The translations under genes and the position numbers were made by a program. Positions 34,635 to 47,968 of a stretch of DNA of 64,000 nt are shown here, piece by piece. The first letter of the stretch is position 1; the number at the start of each line of letters is the position of its first letter. Below the pieces are notes generated by a model. It had not been told where the DNA came from, ran no database searches, and saw nothing but the letters and a program-made list of their open reading frames with translations. This DNA is from Vitrella brassicaformis CCMP3155 (lineage: Eukaryota > Protista > Chromerida): contig CDMY01000371.1 of the NCBI GenBank assembly GCA_001179505.1, positions 1-64,000 on the forward strand. Direction: 5' to 3'.

Positions 34635-36220
34635 ATGCCTCCTCGTAGTCAGCAGAACCAGGTGTGTCGTTACTGGCAACAGGGAAACTGCCGGTTCGGC
34701 GATAGTTGCCAGTTTCTTCATCCCGGTGCCGGTATGGGGCCAGCGGGACGGCAGGGCCAGCCGTCCAATCCATTCGCGGCATTGGGACAGCCAGGGGGGA
34801 ACGGAGGAGCCACCGGATTCGCATCGACCGCTGCAGCGGCAGGGAACCCCGCGGCAGATTTCAAGGCATATCTCCGCTCAGGAGGCTTCCCCTACACATG
34901 TGAGCGACCACAGGCACTCGCATCATGCACGGAGGACAGAGATGTTCACAATGGACATGATATGGTCTCTATCCTTTCAGGCCTGAAGGGCGCTCCGAAC
35001 CAGCCGTTGCTGATGCAAGGTGCGACAAGAAGGGCGTGTCGGTGCAGTATGATTCCGAGCAGATCTCACTGCGTGCTATGGGATGTGTGCAGATTTGTTG
35101 AGTCCCGAGGAGCTGCGGTGGAAGTCGATGGAGGCCGCAGGCGGCCAGCTGAACCAGCAGGCATCCCAGATGGTGGAGCAACAGGCGCGGTACGGATGCA
35201 GAGGACACTACCGCTAGCCGCTTAAATTGTGATTGCGTTGCGCTTGCGCCCTGTCTGTTGATGATTTCAGTGCCCGTGTGGAGTCGAGTTTTGCGCAGCT
35301 AAGTCAGACTGCCCCCGCTCCGTCCAGCGCTGCATCGGCTGCAGGGCTCTCTGGCCCAGCCCCGCAGAACCCCTTCGCGCAGCTGCAAAGCGCACCGTCG
35401 CCCTTCGGCCAGCCACAGTCAGCCCCGTCGCCATTCTCTGCCAGCCCGACCCCACCCCAACCATCGCAACCATCGGCACCGGTGTTCACTGCGCCACCGC
35501 AGCAGCCGACTGCGGGAGGGATATTCGGCTCAGCGGCTGGCAGTGGTGGTGTGTTTGGATCATCAGCAGCGGGGATGGGGAGGGGTGGAGGGGTATTTGG
35601 GGGCGCTGGTGGGTCGGCAACAAGCAATCTGTTCGGCCAAGGGGGTGGGTCAGGTGGCAGTGTGTTTGGAGGTGGGGCTGCAGCACCTGCAGCACCCGTC
35701 GGAGGCGGTGGCGGGCAGGTCAGTGAATAAATGGATGCAATGCAAAGGGGGGAGGATGCATGTGCACATCCCCATAGAGATGACTGCGTTGTGCCCCGTT
35801 TGGTCCTCGTGCGAATCACCCACACAGATAATGAATCCGTTTGCGGCGGCGCAGAGCGGCCCATCGCCGTTCGGCCCTCCACCAGTAGCAGCAGCTGCAG
35901 CAGCTGCAGCTGCTTCGTCTGCAACAACACCCACGCAGGGAGAGGCAACACCAGAGGTGAGTAACCCGATCCACGACAATCAATGGTGAATGATGGATGG
36001 CATGTATCCGTGTGTGGATCAGGTGGTACCGATCAGTGGGGAGTCGCAGCGCATCTTCGCATCCAAGGATCCATTTCCGGTGGGCTGCAGAAAGTGGCTG
36101 ATGCGTCCATGTCGCTCGGTGGATGTCTGTTGTCTGTTGTGCGTTGCCCAGGCCCGGCATGAGGGGAAGGGCGGCATTCCGGAGGACATGCCGCCAGCTG
36201 ACGTGTGCACGGACGTTTGA
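34635..36220 (+). CDS. NUP42/NUPL2 (hCG1/Amo1)-like nucleoporin: CCCH zinc finger + FG repeats
   Basis: VCRYWQQGNCRFGDSCQFLHP (C-x7-C-x5-C-x3-H), ELRWKSME, NPFA/SPFG/GVFG/NLFG repeats and a C-terminal FPVG..IPEDMPP..C motif. Confidence 0.75.
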
Positions 36221-36640
36221 TTGGTGATGGTATGCTGTGCATGAGCGAATGGTCGAGAGGGAGGGAGGGAGGGAGGGAGGGCTGGATGTCGCATATATGT
36301 AGCTCAGCTGGTGGCGGGGAGGGTTGTGTGTGTATGTATGTATACGTATGTGTGTGTATAGACAAAACAAACAAGCAATGGATTGATTGATGCACTCAAT
36401 TCATTGACTGACGGACTGACGGACTGACTGACTGACTCGTTGATTGATTGACTGAGTGCTTTGCTTCACCAGCCATGGTTCGCTTGAGTGTGTTGTTGAC
36501 GGTGTCGCTGTGCGCGTTGGCGGCGGCCGGGTCACTCAAAGCCAAAGCAAACAAACAATCCAAGGCAAGCCACACATGAATGGGACACCAGCCACAAACA
36601 AACACACTGCCGATGTCCCATTCATGTGTCTCGCAGCTGC

Positions 36641-37821
36641 TTCCAGCTCCTCTGCCTCCCGCATCGGTGCCGAATGTTGGCGGCGGTCTGTACCTGTTCG
36701 CTGACATGCTGGCCGGTCTGATCTCGCAAATCAGCGAACTGATTGGAGGGTTCGTCCCACCCTTCAAGGCAGGCGGGCACCACACATGAACAAACAAACG
36801 CATGAGGTCGGTCATCTCCCATCTGTGTGTCTGTGTGTGTGTGTCGGCCAGGTTCCGTCGACGAAGCTGCCGGCGTTTGGGCTGACTCCGGTGCTGTTTG
36901 GTGCACCCGTGGTGCAGCGAGCGGCTGACGAGGGCTCCAAAGCCATTGGCCTGCTGCCAACACCCGACCCGATTTGTGTGAGAGACTACAGCTTGGTGTG
37001 CCCAGAGGGATGGCGCCCACTGCCGGGCGGCAGGTCAGCCACACAGCCAGCCAGCCAGGCTGCCATCGGGGCCCGGAGAGGAGGGAGGGGGACATGGACG
37101 CATATCACGCACTCNNNNNNNNNNNNNNNNNNNNNNNNNNNNNNNNNNNNNNNNNNNNNNNNNNNNNNNNNNNNNNNNNNNNNNNNNNNNNNNNNNNNNN
37201 NNNNNNNNNNNNNNNNNNNNNNNNNNNNNNNNNNNNNNNNNNNNNNNNNNNNNNNNNNNNNNNNNNNNNNNNNNNNNNNNNNNNNNNNNNNNNNNNNNNN
37301 NNNNNNNNNNNNNNNNNNNNNNNNNNNNNNNNNNNNNNNNNNNNNNNNNNNNNNNNNNNNNNNNNNNNNNNNNNNNNNNNNNNNNNNNNNNNNNNNNNNN
37401 NNNNNNNNNNNNNNCTGCGAGCAGGACTTCGACAAACAACTGTGCCCGAAGGTGTGTGTGGTGTGTGTTATTGTCAACACGGATGTCTGTCTGTCTGTCT
37501 GTCTGCGTGTGTGTAAGGGGTGGCTGCATGTGGGCCAAGGCACCTGCAAGGCGCCTGACGAGTACATCCGTAAGCACAACACAACTAACACACACACAGT
37601 GTCTGTCTGTCTGTCCATTGATGTGAGTGCATGTGTGTGTTGTGTGCAGCGCCTCGCGGCTGCCGGCCTGTCATCAATCTGCTGGGCTCACCCACACACA
37701 GAAGCGACAACTATGCGAAAGGTGGCTGAGCGGGCGTGAAATGCATTGCAATGCACGACACAGAAAGCCCAATACACAGATCCATCTGGGTATGGTCCGT
37801 CCGTCTGTCGGTCTGTCTGTC
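36641..37821 (+). repeat. Inverted repeat, right arm (contains a 300-N gap)
   Basis: Reverse-complement match to 32699-34510. Confidence 0.92.
37115..37414. other. Assembly gap (300 N)
   Basis: Run of N. The equivalent stretch in the left arm is about 930 bp. Confidence 1.
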
Positions 37822-40102
37822 AGGAGGAAACGTACTGCAACAGAGAGGGTGTTGACTCATCGATGGGCGTCTGAGCATGAGTGGACTTTGTTCAGTTTTC
37901 ACTTGTCGGTGTCTGCCAGGTGTGTCCGCACATCCACATCATACACTCTAAGCTTAGAGTCAACGGGCAGACAGTCAGACAGTCAGATCAGCGCAGTCAC
38001 TTCGTGCATGCAGCCAGCCAGTGGAGTCAGTAAGTGGTACAAGTGAGGTGTGTGAGGTTAGCTGGGGGTGGCATGGATACCTATGCACACGTGCATCGGA
38101 TGGAGTGCATCACAGACAGCGGCGAGCAAAGAGGGGGTGTATGTCATGCAGGCGGCCACATGCAGAATCCACTCACTGCGTTTAGTAAGTGGCGGGAAGA
38201 GGTGACGACACACACGACCGACCGACCGACCGACCGACAGCAATTGTTCCCTCCAAATGTGAAACGCTAGCTAAAGCCTCCATCCACCCCGTTCCCTCCG
38301 ACTCGCCTTGCCTGCCTTGCCTTCCCACTGGTGGGGCTCAAAAACGCCCATGCACCCTGCCTGCCAGCCACGAAGACAGGCAGACAGACAGACAGGCAGG
38401 CAGGCAGACCGGCGGCCTCACGGTGTCCTATCGTACAAGTTATATACGAATGTGTTTGTATGTACCGATCTATGAATGTATGTATGTATGTCTGCATATC
38501 CATATATATATATATATGAGATTCAGTCATGGATCACGTAAGTATGGATAGAGGGCGACAGACGCGCAGATTGCTGTGAGCGTGTGATCGTTCGGTGTCC
38601 GCTCCGATGCTCAGCAAAAGATCAAGATGGGTAGATAGATAGGTATACAGATGCCTGTGAGACTTGAAACAGATCCTTTGCTCCCCCCAGTGAGCTCATT
38701 CTCTCTCCTCTGTTGCCTCCAAAACGGCCCACCGACCCTCGAGACTCGACACACGACATGAACAAAATTTCGCATCCGACGCACGCACTGTTCGTTTCTC
38801 TGCCTGCTTCCGCTTTTCTCGCCTCCCTTCCTCGCTCCCTCCGATCTTAAAAGCAGCTCAGCCACCGTCCATTTGTCGTCCCTGACCGATCGCCCGACGA
38901 ACACATGGCTGGCCACACATCCTGACTGACACTCAGATTGACAGAAGGGAGACCGAGCCAGCCTTAAAAGAAGGCGGAGGCCTTCATTAGAAGGGCCACT
39001 GGTCTCCTCTGCCCGACAGACGCACAACGCCCAACACGCCGCCGACACACAGACAGTCGTTCAGAATGGAGAAGAAAAACGATGTATGGATGGATGGATG
39101 GATACAGACAGATGCAGACAGACAGACAAGGAGGCCTGGCTGAGCGGACACGAGTGAGGAGAGGAGAAGTGGGCGGAGTACAGAGCAGTGACGGACGAGT
39201 GAGTGCATTCATGTCATGTGTGCAGCAGCAGCACGTAAGTAGTCAGGGAGTTAGCGCACACGCACATGAAAAACTTTAGTTAGGCCTGAAAGGCATGACC
39301 TCCCGATCGTGCCTTTCGGGCCATTGATTGCACCACACCTGGCTGGCTCACCGGGAGAAAGAGGGAGAGAGGGAGAGAGTCGTCAAGCCAGGCAGGCAAG
39401 TGGATCGAATTGCAGGCAGACAGGCAGGCCACTGTGGGACAAAAATAACCCCTTGCTTACCCCTCCGAAGTATTGATGTGATGTCTTTCCACAGTAAGGA
39501 TGATGTATGTGTGACAAATCACGTGGCATTGCTGACCGACTGACTGACTGACTAATGTACACGCCGCCATGCTCTTCTACCGAAGGCCTTCGCTCCCACA
39601 ACGCACCCTCACACACGAACGAAAGCAGAGGGCCAGAGGGAAGGCCGACCAGCACCGGCAGACTGCCAGGCGGGCGAGCAGAAGAGATGATGTGCGATGG
39701 CTGGCTGTGCTGGACACCCACCCCATCGCTCGGGCCCCCATCAATCCGTCCCTCCCCCACTTCTCATCTCATATGGATACATACGTACAGATATCTATCT
39801 ATCTATGTGGAGGGAGGGAGGGAGTTAGGTACAAACATTCATTCACGGATGTATACACATATTCATTCATAGGCTCTCTGAGTGAGTGAGTGAGTGAGTG
39901 AGGAGGGAGGGACGTACAGACAGACAGAGGCACAAGTCAGTCACTCATTCGTTGGTTGGTCATGCACTCTTGTTCTTGCAAAACCGATCTGTACAAAACT
40001 GCAGGCAGCCAAACCCAACCCCTCCCTCCCTCCCTCCGTGCGCACCCCTAGTCAATCGCTCTCAATGTCCATCCATCCATCCATGGGTGTGTAGAAGGGT
40101 AG

Positions 40103-41683
40103 CTATGATATTACGCATGCGTCATCCTGCGGTCTCTGTGTGGGTGGCGATGCGGCGAGTGCGTTGGCCATGGCGCTCATGTAAGTGCCCTTGCCGATGA
40201 CGGCCCTCCGCTCCAGATCGTGCAGGTGGCCCAGTGAGCTCCGCAGCGGCAGGGCCTCCATCTGGTGGTGGCGACTCTGCAGGTCTTGGAATGTCAGCTG
40301 GCGACCAGCCGGGGGGTCAGGACGGTCCTCAAACACAATGTGGATGTCGCACAATGGCATGCTCAGCATCTCGTCGCGGAATGAAACCTGCCCCCATACA
40401 TCCATCGACAGCGACCACATGGGCATACCAATGAATGCATATCATCCACCCCACCATTAAACAGATTGGTGGGACCCCCCCGCCCACCTTGTGTTTCTTG
40501 CCGTTTCTCGATATCCGTGTGCCGTGTGCGTCGAAGCGCATCTTCCTGCCCCGCGCGTCGAACTTCTGGAGCCGACCGAAGCTATCGGTGGGCATGGGCG
40601 GCCCGTGCACCGAGGACATCTTGAAGGCCTGCTTGCCAAGCGGCTTCTTAAGCCCCTGAGCCGCCCCGCCCTTGCCCTTGTCCTCAGTGTGGATTGTGTA
40701 CCCCCCCCCACCGTTCCCCTTTTGGCTGAGTCGGTCCAGGAAGCCGTCCTTGCCCTTGTGCGCATGCACCCATGCGATGCAGGTGTGGGGCGACTTGACG
40801 CTGGGCGGGGGCTGGAGCCGCAACGCACCTTCCGAGCATGCAGTCGACACCTCCGAGTAGTCGGATGGCGGCTGGGATGCAGATGACCCACACTCAGTGG
40901 GCGATGCGGACGAGTCGACAGTGGATGACGAACCGGCCTTGTCCAGGGCCGTTCGATGGCCCTCGTGGGAGTCCAGACTCGCGCTGTGGCTCCGCTTGGT
41001 CTTAAGAAGCTCCACCGAGTCCACACGACGCATGAACGGCCGAGCCACACACCCACTGTCATCGTTCGCCGTGACATCATTCGTCGACATGCCACCCACG
41101 GCAGGGTTGGGCACTGCAGGGGCAGCTGCAGTGAGCGAGAGACCATTTGCCGTATGTGTGGCCTCGTGGGTGGTGTCGTCGTGTGTGTCCCGCTGCGTCT
41201 CGATGGCAAGACTGGTCATCCGCCCGGTGAGGAGGCCGATGGAGTGGCTCATGATGTCGGTGCTCTTGGCAGGGTATGCCGTCGACCGCTGGTGGAAGGC
41301 CACCTCGCCCTTGTTGTGGGTCCGCAGCCGGATCTCCCGTGGCGAAAAGGGTCTCAGGCTGAACTCACCACTCGAGCGAGACGAGGATGAAAACGAGTCA
41401 CTACGGAACAGACAGACAGACAAGCAACACACACGCACATGAATGACGTGACGTGCACCGACCGCATCAGTGCTGACTGACTGACAAGACACATCAGGGA
41501 GTGAGTGAGTCTCTGTGGGAGGGACGGCGTACCGTACCTATCTGAGTAGGTCCGTACGGTTGACGGGTCGGGAATAGGGGGGAGGGGCGAATCATCATCA
41601 TCTGCATCATGATCATGCTGGACCCCTTCCCCCACACGACCACCCATCTCCTCAGCCTGCTTCCGTGTCTCGGGGTCCTCCAT
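40103..41683 (-). CDS. Hypothetical Ser-rich protein with a C-terminal KHKVSF (RVxF-type) motif region
   Basis: Three exons. The end of exon 2 joins exon 3 to give RFDAHGTRISRNGKKHK|VSFRDEMLSMPLCDIHIVFE. Confidence 0.7.
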
Positions 41684-42050
41684 CTTGCCTCCCAACTGCC
41701 TCAAAAGCTCCCCGCCGCGGTGAGTCAGTCAGTCAGTAAACCAGCAGAGGAATGAGATGCCGGACGTGCTCAGTCAATGCCTCGCGGGCTGATGCGGCAC
41801 TGCGGCGACAGGGTGGGATGCGCGATGTGCTTGGACCAGCAGCTGCGATGTGTGATCCACAAAAATAACAAATAACACAGCTGAGCAACAGTTGCAGCTG
41901 CGCATATGCGGTGGGGAGATATCCTTCGTCCTCACAAAAGGAGAGGGGAGAGGAGACAGCCGCGCTTCCCTTCCAAGCCAAGCTCGCCAGAAGCTCGCGC
42001 CTTCTTGGATCTTGGAACTTGGCGCTCCCTGCGCCCGCGCCAAGCAACTC

Positions 42051-43388
42051 ATGGACGCGGAGGAGGAGTCGCTTGAGCTGCTTCAAGATCTGCAGGCGTC
42101 GCTTGATCACTACAACAGTGAGTTGAAGGAGAAAACAGATTGTCTACCGCCGCCCAGGGCTGCGCTTGTTGAGGCCCTCTGCACTCATCTCGACAAGTCC
42201 GCCACCGAGCTGGCCAATGTCCTCCACAACTGGAACCAGCCAGCTGCTGCAGCGGCGGCACCGGAGCCGTTGGCAGAATCCGCTGGAGGTGGGCTGCCTC
42301 GCTCTAGATCCAGGGGCGACTCTGCTTTCCCAGATGACAGCACCGTACCGAGTAGGCAGCATACATATATATGTTGCCGTTGGGGTCTGCCAACCCCCCA
42401 CGCATGTGTGGTGTTTGTTGCCCATGGATCAGATTTCGGGAGTGTTGCCGAGATGCTGTCGTCTGCTGAGGGGATGGTCATGGCGGATGAGGGAGGAAGG
42501 CAGGATGTAGGCGGGGCATCCCAGGCGCCCGCCCCACCCCAAACTCCGCCCGATGAGGTGCTGGCCCGCCTGCCCGACCATGTGAGGCGCCGGTGGGACA
42601 TGTGGACTGGCAATCCGGCGGCATTCAGCCTACAGGTCAGTCTACCACGGACGCGTGCAGGCAGAGTAAGAGGTGCAGGCAGAGCAAGAGGCAGAGAGAG
42701 TAAGAGGCAGGCAGGCAGATCAGGGGACACAATACATGCGCGATGACCGTGGGCTGTCGACTCGCGCGCAGTATGTATGGGTCTGTGAGTGTGCTGCTGT
42801 ATGTCCCCGCATGCAATGCATGACAGGTGATCCGTCAGGCGATGCAGCGTCCCTTCAGCAATGCATATCTGTCGGGCGACCCCTCCAGCCGCAACACCAC
42901 ACAGCTCATCCTGCCAGCACCGAACACATACCTCTCACTCAGGTGGGTGGGTGGCTGGCTGGCTTGCTGGGTGGGTGCCTCGCTGCCTGTACAGGCAGCA
43001 CACACATCCGCACACCGCGGCCGATCGTGTCTGTCCTGTCTGCCTGTCTGCCTGTGTGTGTGTGTGTGTATACTGCATGAGTAGGTGGCATCGCACAGTG
43101 TCCCGCGTGGGTCTGCCTGACGCGCCACCCCCACCGGCAGAACTCAGAGAGGGATATGCTGCTGGTGAGGAGGAAGGGATGGGGCTGGGAGCCGGCAAGA
43201 CACTCATGGGATGGGACTTGCTGTGTTTGATGCCTCCATCGTTGCAGCTCTCATCCGCGATGTCGTCGAGCAGGCTGTCAGTCACCCAGATTACGTCAGT
43301 CAGCCTGACCGATATCCCAGCCTTCAGCGGGCTGTGGCTCTGTGCACAAAAAGCCACCAGTCTGACCAGCAGCCCAAGTGATCCCTAG
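42051..43388 (+). CDS. Hypothetical multi-exon protein
   Basis: MDAEEESLELLQDLQASLDHYNSELKEK...; EVLARLPDHVRRRWDMWTGNPAAFSLQ; VIRQAMQRPFSNAYL; ORF 42861..43388 tail. GT-AG introns between. Confidence 0.5.
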
Positions 43389-43613
43389 GGCTCTGGTCCT
43401 TCATTCCCCTGCTGCTGTCGCGGCGCTTGTGCGTCTGTCACGGAGTGACTGTCGGTGTGAGAGGCATTTGTTTGAGCTGGGCTGGACAGACTCTATCTCA
43501 AAAAACGTGCTAAAGCTTGCTGCCGTGAAAGCTATCGATATTCTCCGCGAAGATCTGAGTGTGACAGAGGCCTGCAGGCGCAGATGGAGGAGCCACCGTC
43601 AGATTCGGCGCAG

Positions 43614-46600
43614 ATGAATGGCCCAGCGCCCGTCGAAAAAGTCCTCGAAGAACAAACGGCCACACAACGTTGATCACATGACGCATGTGCTGATTGTTCC
43701 CTGGTGCAGAAGGACGAGGGCCAGCTGGGAGCCACCATCGTAACCGGCGGAACAGTATTCCGGTAGGCAGGCAGGCATTGAATGCGCCACAAAGCGCCGC
43801 CTCTCGGACAGACAGACAGACAGATAGACCGACGACCTCCCAGCCAGTCAGATTCAATACGTCTGTCTGTGTATCTCTGCATACATATGTGTGTCATGTG
43901 TGTCTGAGATTGTGGGCCCCTTATGCTGAGAAGGTGTGGGTGGTGCTCAAGGGTCAGGACAAAGCCGAGATGAAGAAAGAGGGAGACAACAACCTCTGGT
44001 CCGTCAAGGTGGATGGCGTCGGTGCAGGCGCCGTCTACTCGTTTGAGATTCAGGTATGGATGTATGTTTCTATAGTACTGGCTACACACACGGCCATCTG
44101 CTCTGCCATGGCCGGCCTCTCATGACGTGGATGGATGGCTGGGTGTGTCGTGCAGCCCTTCTGGAACGATTGCTTCCACACCGAGGGCAAAGTTCTGTCC
44201 CGAAGAGATCCATACGCACGGCAAACAGACTTCGACAGCAATGACTGGTACGGTACCCACAGGCACCCACACCACGGAAACACAGACAGACAGACAGACA
44301 GTCAGACAGACAACAAAAGAACAACAGCTCCCTCCCACACTCTGCTCTGCAAGGCACTCACTCACTATGTATATGTGTGTGCGCGTACATGTGTGTGTAT
44401 GTTGTGTGTGCAGTGTGGTTGTCGACCCATCGTATTATGAGTGGGCGCCATTCTCAGCGCCAGGGTGGTCTGAGCTCATCATCTACGAGCTGCACTGCGG
44501 CACCTTCACGGGGAGGAACGACGGACTGGACCCCAACAACGCATTCAAACACATGATATCGAAACTCGACTACATCAAAGACCTCGTGGGCGGGCAACAC
44601 ACATACATACATTGCGTGGATGTCGATGCCTGGCCTTTGCTCTGTGCGTGCGTGGGTGTGTGTGGGTGTGGGTGTGGGTGTGGGTGTGTGTGGGTGTGTG
44701 CAGGGCTTCAACTGCATCGAGATGATGCCTGTGCATGAGTTTGGCGGCCAGTGGGGGTACAACCCACGGCTGCTCTGCAGTGTGCACGGCAAATTCGGCA
44801 CCAGTACCGAGCTCCGGGACCTTGTCAACGAGGCACACAAGAAGGGCATCGCAGTACGTGTGCATGCATCCACACACGCACGAGGGAGGACCAACAGGCA
44901 GAGAGAGCACCACTGGCTGGCACACTAGGGAGGGAGTGAGTGAGTGAGTGAGTGACGGATGCGTCTGTCTGCATCTCTGTTTGGTTGAAGGTCATCTTTG
45001 ACGTCGTGTTGAACCATGGGTCGGCGAAGCTCAACAGCCTGTGGAATCACGACGGGTACGGCAAAGACAAACAGGTACGCACACGCACGATACAGCCTGA
45101 CTGACGCACAAAACCACGATGACCAAGGACATAAGGGAACCAACCAGAACATCCATCCACCCACTTATCCATCTATCTATCTGTGTGTGCGCTTCAAGGG
45201 TGGCATTTACTTCGAGGGCGGCGAGGACACCCCTTGGGGAAAGAAGGTGAGAGAGACCTAAGGGCAGGAACGCCCAGGGCGGCAACATATGTATGTATGT
45301 ATGTATGTGTGTATGTGTGTGGTCAATCAAGTTCGCTTTTCACAAGCGGGAGGTGCGCGAAATGATCAAGGCATCAGCCAGAATGTTCATAGAAGAGTAC
45401 AAGTGAGTGAGGGGGAGGGAGTGAGTGCACCCGACAGACACGTCGAGTGCATCTATGGCTGTCTGTGTTGTCTTTGCCTGCTTCCCTCCCTTGTCTGTCT
45501 TGTTTCACTGCAGTGGCGATGGTTTGCGCTTCGACAGCGTGCACAACATGCCGGTAGGCTCTGTGTCTGACATCCACGTTCACTCACTCACTCATACCTT
45601 GACCTTGATGCCTGCTTTCTTGTGCCGCATATATCCCACGGGACGGCCGGCCGCAAAGTGGGACCTGTTGCAGGTTTGACCACGCCCATGCGGGCATTGA
45701 TTGACTCGCACCGGGCACTAACTAGATGTGTTTGTCTGCCATCTATGTGTCGCGAAGGAGATTACCGGCGACATGCGGCACCGGTACCCAAACAAGATCA
45801 AAATTGCGTGAGCATCATCTAGCTACCGCACACGCACACGCACTCAGAGCTTCCGTCCCTGCGCCCATGTCAATCAATCGATGTGCCGACTGTGTACGGT
45901 GCAGTGAGGTGAATCTGTGAGTGCAGTGAGAATGTGACTGAGGGTATGACTCGGTCTCTGGTTTGTGAATCATTCCAAGGTCACTCCGGAGCATCCATCC
46001 ATCCTCCACTCGGCAGGAAAGGCTCAGCTCAACCTGGCACACACGCACACAAGCTGTTGGTCCAGGCATCCATCCATCTGTCTGTCTTTTCTGTCATCAC
46101 AACAGGTTTCGATTGTTGCTGGATCCACGCGACCTACTACGACACAGTCAAGATCATGCGCGACGAGGAGCGCGAACACCACATCGGCAAGATGATGGTA
46201 TGTATGTGTCAACAAATAAATGCCTGCACGTCTTAAGAGGTGTGCGTATGTGGACGTACACATGGCCTGCCTTTCCGTCTGGCATTCGTGTCCTCAGGCC
46301 ATGATCAATGGGCACGGGTGGGTGGGTGATGTATGTGGGGATTTGTCCATAACTTACTGCAATAATACCAGCCTCATGCCATCACTGTTGGATGTGTCTT
46401 GTCTGTCTGTCTTGTCCTATGGTGGTCAGCGGCTTCAAGACGTCGCATGAGAGCTGCAACTCTATTCTCGGCAGCCATGATCAGAATGGCAGCAAGAAGG
46501 GGGGTCAGTCAGATGGGCGGGTGGGACGCTACTTCGTGGATCTCTTTGGAGGCCGCAACAACTGGTCTGCATGCTCATGCTAGAGGCGTGACGAAACTTT

Positions 46601-47592
46601 GCTGTGTTGGTCTCTCTGTTCTTCAGGCACGCTCGGGCCAAGTGCCGAATGTGGTAAGACACACACACGCACCTGCACACACTGGTCAAGCAACTCGCTC
46701 ATTGTATGTGACAATATGTGTGGGGTGGCAGGTACGGGCTTCAGGCATTCAGCAGAGGCCTTCCGATGATCTTCATGGGCACCGAGACGCATCAGGGTGG
46801 ATGGTGGGATGCCAATCCGTCCCAGGCATTCGACTGGGGCTTGCTGGAGGACCCCATGGCCAAACAGATGAATGCACTGGTGAGAGGGAGGGAGGGAGGG
46901 AGGGAGGGAGGGGGCTGCTGTAAGGAGTGAGCCAGCCAGCCAGTGACTGGCGGACAGCTGCTTACTTGTCTGTCCTGTCTATTTGGGCACACTTCTTTCT
47001 TCCCCTTCTTGACCGCGTGTTGTGTTGTGCGTGCAGGTGAAGAAGGCGAACGAGGTGCGGCTGGCCCACAAGGCACTGACAACCGAAAATGAAGGCGTCA
47101 ACTTCACTCACAAGGACGGAGGACACAGAGTGCTCGGTGGGTTTGCAGAGAGAGGCTGCCAGGCCATTCGTTCACAACAGCAGGCACGGCACGGCATAGA
47201 AAGACTGCAGACGATGAATGCGGCTGTGTGCCTTGCCATGCATGCCATGGATAGGCTTTGTGAGAGGCAACATCCTGTGTGTTGTCAACGCATCCGACAA
47301 ACAATGGGAGGACAAGGTATGAGGGAGGGATCGATGCTATCCTTACTTACGTCCATCATGACCGCCTCACTGCGGATACATGTGGTCTGTCTGTCTATCT
47401 ATCTATCAGGGCTACGGGGTTCAGACTCCTTTCGCCGGCAAGACCGTCACGCACGTCTTCAACAGCCAGGCCGAGGAGTTTGGGGGGTGGGCAGGTTCAT
47501 GGACAAGTGACCAGCCCATCCAGGTGGGAGGCGATGGCAAAGTGCACTGTACCATTCCCAAGTGGAGCTGTTTGGCATTTGAAGCCTCATGA
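43614..47592 (+). CDS. Glycoside hydrolase family 13 with CBM48 (bacterial GlgB/TreZ-like alpha-glucan enzyme)
   Basis: QLGATIVTGGTVFR|LWAPYAEKV (CBM48), RRDPYARQ, LIIYELHCGTF, GFNCIEMMPVHEF..WGYNP, VIFDVVLNH, DGLRFDSVHNM (nucleophile), KIAE (probable acid/base), LGSHDQ (region IV) and GLPMIFMGTE. More than a dozen introns; the start is uncertain. Confidence 0.92.
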
Positions 47593-47968
47593 GGTGCGAG
47601 TTGGTGGCCATATGCATGCTCACCTGCGATTTTCTCGTCGGCTATTCGGATGGCAGTTTTGACCTTTAGGCAGCCAGCAAGGGACTAGCTAGTAGGGTGG
47701 ACCTTCTGTGATGGATGCATCCGTGATTCATTCATTCATGATAAAGAAGTTCGCACCGCTTCACCGGCATGCAGAAGCATGACCTCAGAAAAGAACTCAC
47801 GTCTGTCTGATCCATGCATAGCAAAGTGCTCAGGCAGATCAGTGTCTGTCTATGCACATACGTAGACCCATTTCGCCACTTCGTCGGTCGGTCGGTAGCT
47901 CGCTACGGCCGACACCCACGCCTTGTGTCGTTATCTATATCGCCGGGTCTATGTCTCCGTCATCTCCG

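Larger units (their letters stand above)
36475..37821 (+). pseudogene. CPW-WPC family protein, 3'-truncated copy carrying the only signal-peptide exon; 1-bp deletion near 37688
   Basis: Exon 1 is MVRLSVLLTVSLCALAAAGSLKAK, followed by exons identical to the minus copy. It reads gctgggctca where the left arm reads gctgggcttca (frameshift). Homology ends in a GTCT microsatellite at about 37821. Confidence 0.8.

Noticed and set aside
37830-40100. Short ORFs on both strands (e.g. 38611..39048)
   Set aside because: The region is dominated by microsatellites and low-complexity sequence and gives no coherent exon chain.
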